Assembly: GCF_009914755.1 (NCBI RefSeq)
Contig: NC_060931.1
DNA: 64,000 nucleotides
Direction: 5' to 3' (one strand)
Source of the DNA: the human T2T-CHM13v2.0 reference genome, Homo sapiens
The notes under the pieces are model-generated. The model ran no database searches, was not told where the DNA came from, and saw only the letters and a list, made by a program, of their open reading frames with translations. A program made the translations under genes and the position numbers. Shown piece by piece: positions 1 to 64,000 of the stretch. The first letter of the stretch is position 1. Every line of letters starts with the position of its first letter.

Positions 1-659
1 GGTGGATTATGGTGGGACATGATCTCAGCTGATCATTTAACTTCCAGGTGTTCTTTTTGCATCCTTAAGATGGGAACGGTACACAGCTCAGTAAAGGGTG
101 AGATGATCCAACCTACAGAAGGAAGGGACATTTAGCAGTTTTAGTGCTTTGATAACTTGAGTTTATTTATCATTCATATCAATCTATATCTTAATAGAAT
201 TTTTGGAAATTCATTTCTGAAACTTTATATTTCAAAGAACCATTGTAAATGAAATTTTCCTAAATTTTAAGTTCTTATTCCTGTTAAACAAAATAGTATA
301 TCTTACAGTTCTGTTGGGAATTTCCAAGTACTGAAAAGGATCTGCTAAGTACCTAACCAGTAGATAATTCCTTGCCTCCCTGCAGTGTGCAGGGAGGTCC
401 TGTGGGGAGCCAGCAGGGCCCACAAGCCATTGCAGGTCACCACGGATGCGCTGCAGAGGAGGGGGCCGTGAGGGGTCATGAGTCAGGCTGGTTGGGGAAG
501 GTGTCCAGCTGTGTGGAGGTCAGGCGGAAGAGAGGTGGCTGTGAGGTGAAGATCTGAGACAGGTGTAAGGGCCAGGGCACAGTTGAGACGTGCTGTCACT
601 GGAATGACTGTAAACTCGGATGCAGTGAAATGCCGGCTGTAACTCGGATGAATTCCTAG

Positions 660-53668
<53,009 letters not shown>

Positions 53669-54558
53669 CTGTGGCCGCCACGGCCACCCGGAATGTGAAG
53701 GGCGCTCCGGGCTCTGAGCCCGCAGCTTTTACGACTTCTCCCTGCCTCGTTCCTTATATTCACAGAAGCCCCATAGTTTCACTGGGTTGCGGTTATTTTC
53801 CTGGTAGTTTGCGTGTAAGAAAGGGAGAATATAGTTTTAGAGGAAGCTGAACTATGACGATGCTGGGCGAAGCGGTTGGAAATGGCAGAGCTGAAACTTA
53901 TTCCAAGCTTTCAAAATAATCTTTTAAGAAGCCAGGATTCTCCGGTCTGGAATTTCTGAGTGAGTCCTTTTTTTATGGTGTCCTCCCTCTGTGAATGTAC
54001 AGGCGGAACTGTACGAACAGCTCCCTTCCATCCATTTTTAACTCTTTCGGAAATAACACCTCACAGCAGCTTCGTGCTTTTGTACAGACCTTTGTAACAA
54101 GTGTACAGAAAACTCATTTTGTTTGAGAAACAGGAGTTGATGAACCCATCATGCTGGTTTTTCTCTGAGCACAAAGTTTTAGGCTGTACACAGCCAGCCT
54201 TGGGAATCTCGTTGAGCGTTCGGCGTGGATCCACGGGGCCAGGCCACCCTGCGGGAGCGCCACACGCATCCACTTCGGATTCAGTGGGTGAAGACAGAAC
54301 TCTGAGAGTCTGCAGGCGGCTCCTGTGCTTTTTATTTCTGGCTCTTCGGATGTCTTCTAGACATTTACTATCACTGCACCTGAAGAAAAAATCACTTTTA
54401 CCTTCCTAATTTAAAAAGACAAAACAGAAATGTACGTTCCTTCGCTAGCTTTAGTCTTTCTGTTCCCATTTTTATAAATCTGAGCATTGATAATGTTCTA
54501 TCTAAATTTGTACAGTGTGATTTTTTTTTTTAGAATAAATATTTTATAAAAGGGTTTA
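53669..54558 (+). other. TRRAP: TRRAP 3'UTR (end approximate)
   Basis: Repeat-free sequence from stop codon to ~20 nt past AATAAA. Confidence 0.85.
54534..54539 (+). terminator. Polyadenylation signal AATAAA
   Basis: First AATAAA after the stop; upstream TGTA (54509) and T-tract, downstream GT/T-rich element (tgtcccttgtttatgtt). Confidence 0.88.
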
Positions 54559-54788
54559 TTGTCCCTTGTTTATGTTAAAATGCTTGTTTCCATGAGGGGT
54601 TTCTTCCCTCTCAATGTCCCTAGCCCCTTGGGAACCAGAGGCCCCAGAGACAGTGTGGGCTCCTCAGCGTAGCCTCTTGGTGACAGCGTGCGCTGCCTGG
54701 GCAGGCACAGTGCTGCTGTGATCACAGGGGAGGCCATGACTTGGCACCTGGGAAGCCAGCTCAGAGCATATTCAGTCAAGTTGATGAG

Positions 54789-54880
54789 GAATGGCGGCCC
54801 GACCTCAGCAGCAGGTCGGCGTGCGGGACTCTCAGAATGGCGGCCTGATCTCAGCAGCGGGTCGGCATGCCAGACTCTCG
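54789..54880 (+). repeat. 46-bp direct repeat x2, each with an internal hairpin
   Basis: gaatggcggccygayctcagcagcrggtcggcrtgc..gactctc at 54789 and 54835. Confidence 0.9.
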
Positions 54881-56299
54881 GAGCCCTCAGCTATCTTCAT
54901 GTGTTTCAGGACTGCTGCCATGTAACGTGTGTGTGTGGAGAGTGTGCGGAGTGTACACGAAGCATGCCCGGAGGCTCAGCATGAAGCACTCTGTACCCAG
55001 CTCTACCTCCTCATTGTCCTTCATCCAGTGTGTACCTTCAGCCAGGCCTGCCCTCGTGTGGGAGGGGCAGTCCCCAAGGAGCACACGCCATGATGTCAGA
55101 AACATCTTCTTCGAGGAAGATGGCCCTTTACAGGCCCCAGGGGACGGGGGCAGCACGGAGCCCTCTCTGGACCTCTGCCGCAGGCCACAGAACCTTCTCC
55201 AGCCCTTGACTCTCCTTGCCTTTCATTTACCCTCCATTGTTCCAGGCTACCACGGAATGATGATTACAGCTGAGTTTACCCAAATCCCACCACAGGGTCA
55301 AATGAAAGGGCCTTGACAAGATGTCCCTTGGCAGCTTGAGATCGCAGTTGTGTTGCTGGGTTATGGCCTGGGTGCAGGCTGGTTTGCAGTGGGCGGTACT
55401 GGCAGCTACCATCAAGGTCTCTGTGCTGGGCTCCAGCCCTCAGCCCAGAGGGGTGGTTCCCCACTTTATAGAGAGGGGGTTTCCAGCTCACAGAAGGTGA
55501 GAAGCTTGTCCCAGGCCTGGAGCAGCTGTGGAGAAACTGGGAGGGAAGCCCGTCCAGCCTGATTCCAAGCCCACATGCTGCTCACAGGTCAAGGCCGAGG
55601 GACTGATTTTTGCCGGTCTGACTGGACTCAAGTTACTTCCCAGTTCCTTGCAGAGAGCTGTCTTTGTGAGACAGTGTCTTGGGTTCTGGAATGATGGGAG
55701 CCGTGCTTTGCAAATGAGGAGTGATTGCGTGCTCATCTGGCAGCTGGTGGGTGTCCTGCTGGCATCAGGCCTGAGCGGTGACCGTGCTCCTCTGATTGTC
55801 CTCACTGCGTGTGACAAGGCCTGGGCCACTGTGTGAGTCGTCTTGCGCTCCATGAAGCCTGGTGTCTGTGCAGATGTGTGGGTGGCGTTAGGGTTGGGGG
55901 ACATTTGTCTTTCACACTGGAGAATGGGAGTCTGGAGCTGGTGCTACTGGTGAGGAAGAGGCCCGGCCTGCTGCCAGGTTCGCCCACACCTTCCCCCTGG
56001 TTGTTGGGAAAACCAACCTTGGAATGGCCAAGGCAGGAGATAGCACCTCCCCGGTGAAGATCCAGGAGCTCTCATGAGCTCCACGTGGAAAGATCAAGGA
56101 TCTGGAGTCTGGAGCCCTTCAGGCAGCAACTCAGTGACCATGAACCTCAGCTCTGTCCACCCGGCACAGCATTGCTGGGAGCTGGACCCGGGAGGCTGCC
56201 GGCTCCAGAGTGAGGAGGGTCCAGACCATGCAGACAATATGCCCTTTTTCTCCAAACACCATTTCAAGGTAAGTGCTATGATCAGACTTCTTTTTATTC

Positions 56300-60290
<3,991 letters not shown>

Positions 60291-60553
60291 AGGTCATGTT
60301 ATAAAGCCTTGATCCTACATCCTAGCTCTGCTCTCAACAAAGTCATCCTGCCTCTTGAGAGCATAGACATGGAAAAAAATCGGCACACACAAAAAATATG
60401 TATACATATATATCTGTATATGATCATCAGGTAAAAATCAGAAGACAAGGATGCTATGGCTTCCTGAGGGAGCTGCAGTGCTTATGGTGGTGGAAGGGAA
60501 GATGAAAGAACAAACGAGAGAGTTTCAAAAGAGCATGTTTTAAAAAAGTCATT

Positions 60554-60856
<303 letters not shown>

Positions 60857-61629
60857 TCAAGGTAGTAGACACGGTAGATGTGGGCACACAGATAGGCTTA
60901 CCAACTTGTTTAAAGCCCCAACTACCTAGTGATGACACTGAGATCAAAACCTGAAAATACTCCGACTTTTGACAGTAGAAAATGCCCCAACAAGCCAGAC
61001 ACACGTTCCCTAACCTAGAGTGCTGCATCCTCTCACAGACATCAGAGCGCAGGACTGTGTCTGCTGGCTAAGCTTACAGACACACACTGCATTCTAGTGA
61101 CTGTGCCAGGGTGAGAAATAAAAAAAGATATAAGAGTGACATCCAGCAAGGGGACAGAAGAGGAAGGAATCTCTCTCCGCACCGAGACAAAAATTGGAGT
61201 GGCAGAATCTGTCTGAGGTAACCGTTTTGGAACTCTGGAGTCTAATTTGGATGCTTGCAACTTCCAAGGAAAATCTTGGCTGGTAAGTTGCAGTTAATTT
61301 CGGTCAATTTCAGCCTTTAGGATATTAGCGTCTCCCCATCCTGAGTCTTGTGGTAGGCAGCCATGCCCGTGTTCCTGGCATGACTTCCTGGAGCCAGGGT
61401 GAAAAGTAAGGATCTGGCCTCCACGTATCAAGGTTCAGTGTTTTGATTGCAGAAGTGCAAACATAGAGGTGGGTAGCCATTGTTGCATTCCCCACTGGCT
61501 GAAGTGGCTTCCAGAGGATTTAAGGGAACAGCCTGAGCTATTGTTTTTCTTCTTACCTGTTTTTCCATTTGGGGAGCCAGACTTAAGGATGAGGATATTG
61601 AAAAGCACATGTGCGGACAACTTACTTGG

Positions 61630-61848
61630 GCCTCCTGCCAACAGCCAGTAAGATGCCAGGTCCCTCCATCACAAAGTCACATGAAAATGAATTCTGCCAA
61701 CAACCTGGAGGAGCCTGCAAGAAGATTCTCCCTGGTTGAGCCGAGAGATGAGAATACAGTCTGGCTGACACCTTGATCGCAGCCTTGTGAGTCCCTGAGC
61801 AGAGAAATCAACTGTGAAATAAATGTGTATACAGGGCAATTTAGAAAG
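61630..61848 (+). mobile_element. MaLR LTR fragment (MLT1-like)
   Basis: ccaacagccag..gaattctgccaacaacct..ggctgacaccttgat.gcagccttgtgag. Confidence 0.75.
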
Positions 61849-61849
61849 C

Positions 61850-63930
61850 CACTCCACATACCTAGAGAAATATGCAGGCTCAGAAGAGACCTGGGAAGAC
61901 TTTAAGCTTTCACCTCAAGCTGATCCTGAGATACCCTCAACAGTTGGTGTGGGGAGACGAGTAAATGCTTGGGGGGGAAAAAAGGAGAATCTGATTTCCA
62001 GAGTTATAAGATTCAAATGTCCAGTTTTGAACAAGAAACAATCACAAGACCCTCAAAGAAATAGAAAAGTATGGCACGTTCAAAGAAACAAATCAACAGA
62101 AACCATCACTGAGGAAGCGCTGACAGCAGACTTACTAGACAGTAACTTTAAAACAACTGTTTGAAAGATGCTGAAGGAGCTAAAGGAAAACAAAGACAGG
62201 AGAACAGTATATGAACAAAATGAGAATATCAATAAATAGAAATTTTATAAAGGAAGCAAATTCTGGAACTATAAAAAGTACAATAACTGAAATGAAAAAT
62301 TCCCTAAAGGGTTCAAAATATTTAAGCAGGTAGAAGAACCACTCAATGAGCTTGAAGATAGGGCAATTGAAACTGTTGAATCTGGGGAATCAAAAGAAAA
62401 AAAATGAAGAAAGTAAATGAAAACCTAAGGAACCTACCTATGGAATGCCATAAATGAGACCAGAAGTAGAGAGGCAAGGGCAGAAAGTATATTTAAAGAA
62501 AGTTCAACAGAAAACTGCTCATATTTGATTAAAAAAAAAATGTATCTACAAACCCAATTAGCATAACAAACTCTGGATAGGATAAGCTCAAGGAAACACA
62601 CACCAAGACACTTCATTGAAGACAAAAGAAAACCTTGAAAGCAGCAAGAGAGAAGTAATTTATCACATACAAGAGATTCTCAAGATTATCAGCATATTTT
62701 TCATCAGAAACTTTGGGAATCAGAAGAGAATGGGCTCATATATGAAAACTGCTGAAAGAAAGAAAACCTGTTAGAATTCTACATCTAACAACTGTCCTTT
62801 AGAAATGAGGAAGAAATTAATACCTTCCCAGATAAAAGCTGAGGGAGTTCATTATCATTCTTTGCAAGAAATGCTAGAAGGAGTCTTTCAGGTTGAAACG
62901 CTGAACACTATAAACTTCTTTAAAAGAACACTAAGCATCTTACAACTTGAAGTTGTAAGAAGAAATAGAGATCTCCAGTAAAGGTAAATACATGGACAGT
63001 TATAAAATCTAGTATATTCTAATGATGGTTTGTAACTCTTTTTATTTTCTACATGATTAAAAAGACAGATCCATTAACAACTGCTAATATTGGGTGCACA
63101 ACGTATAAAGATGTAATTTGTGATGTCAGTAACAGTAAGGGAGACAGCAGTACAGGAGCAGAGTTCTGTATGTTATTCAAATTAGGTTGATATAAATTCG
63201 ATTTAGGTTGTTGTAATGTTAGGATGTCAAGTGTAATCCCCGTGTCACTATAAAAAATGAACTAAACACGAAAGGCAGTAATGGAGGAAATGAGGAACCA
63301 AAAAAAAAAAAAAGTTTAAATGGCAGAAGTAAGTCCCTTCTTATCAGTAAGTACTTTAAATGTAAAATGGATTGAATTCTCCAATCAAGAGAGATTGGAG
63401 ATGGCAGACCAGGAAGCTCCAGGCCCACATTTCCCCAAGGAAACATTGAGGGGAAAAAAAAACAACTAGGCACTCACTAGGAGCTCTGGGAACCAGCCAA
63501 AGGTCTATAGCAACCAGCTGAACACCCAATCAAGAAAAAGCCACATTGAAAATAGTTTTTATGTCATTTTTATTTGCCCTTCCCCCATTCCTCCCTGGCA
63601 CAACTGGGTGTTTGGGAGGAAGCAGCCCAATTTCCAGTGTCTTCCCTTGCACCGGAGGGAGCAGAGCAGAACTGATTTGCAGTGTTCTGCCCTGTCTTTG
63701 GGCTACCTGAAGGACTGGTTTCTATGTCATCTGACTCAGAGGTGAAACAGGGAAGGTGGCATAGTTCAGATCTCAGGCTGGCAAGAGCCATGGAAGGCAG
63801 TGGCAGGTACGACATGTAAAATCTGCCAGGGGCACCACAGTGGATACCTGGGGCAAGAGATTATGGGCAGAAAATATAAGAGAACATCTTATTCCTAAGA
63901 AGCAGCTGGGTTAAGACCCTTTGAAAAATT
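61850..63930 (+). mobile_element. Old L1 5' region / ORF1 remnants, sense
   Basis: A-rich; ttgaaagcagcaagagagaag..atcacatacaag and ttttcatcagaaac resemble L1 ORF1; subfamily not determined. Confidence 0.75.
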
Positions 63931-63935
63931 AAGAC

Positions 63936-64000
63936 TTTTTTTTTTTTTTTGAGACGGAGTCTCGCTCTTTTGCCTAGGCAGGAGTGCAGTGGCGCGATCT
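63936..64000 (-). mobile_element. Alu (antisense), cut by window end
   Basis: T-tract + gagacggagtctcgctct. Confidence 0.9.

Overview
Primate (almost certainly human) genomic DNA containing the 3' half of TRRAP, the catalytically dead PIKK-family scaffold of SAGA and NuA4/TIP60, on the + strand. I traced 29 GT-AG coding exons by hand from 660 to the TGA at 53666-53668; all phases are consistent (1741 aa in the shortest splice form, up to 1770 aa with two alternative splice sites). They cover late HEAT repeats, FAT, FRB-like, pseudokinase and FATC regions, followed by a ~0.9 kb 3'UTR with AATAAA at 54534. One intron holds a processed RNF14 pseudogene on the - strand. The rest is Alu, L1, L2/MIR, MaLR and DNA-transposon fossils (MER2, MER30, MER58A, Ricksha) plus several tandem repeats; the last ~7.7 kb is almost all L1/Alu. 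I found no new protein-coding system. The most interesting candidates concern splicing: a 40-bp repeat that copies an exon's 5' splice site five times, a strong unused acceptor beside a (UG)14 tract (possible TDP-43-repressed cryptic exon), a candidate 15-nt microexon, and inverted Alu pairs bracketing frame-preserving exon blocks. All of these are hypotheses that need RNA-seq. Gene and repeat names come from recognising the sequence, not from a database search.
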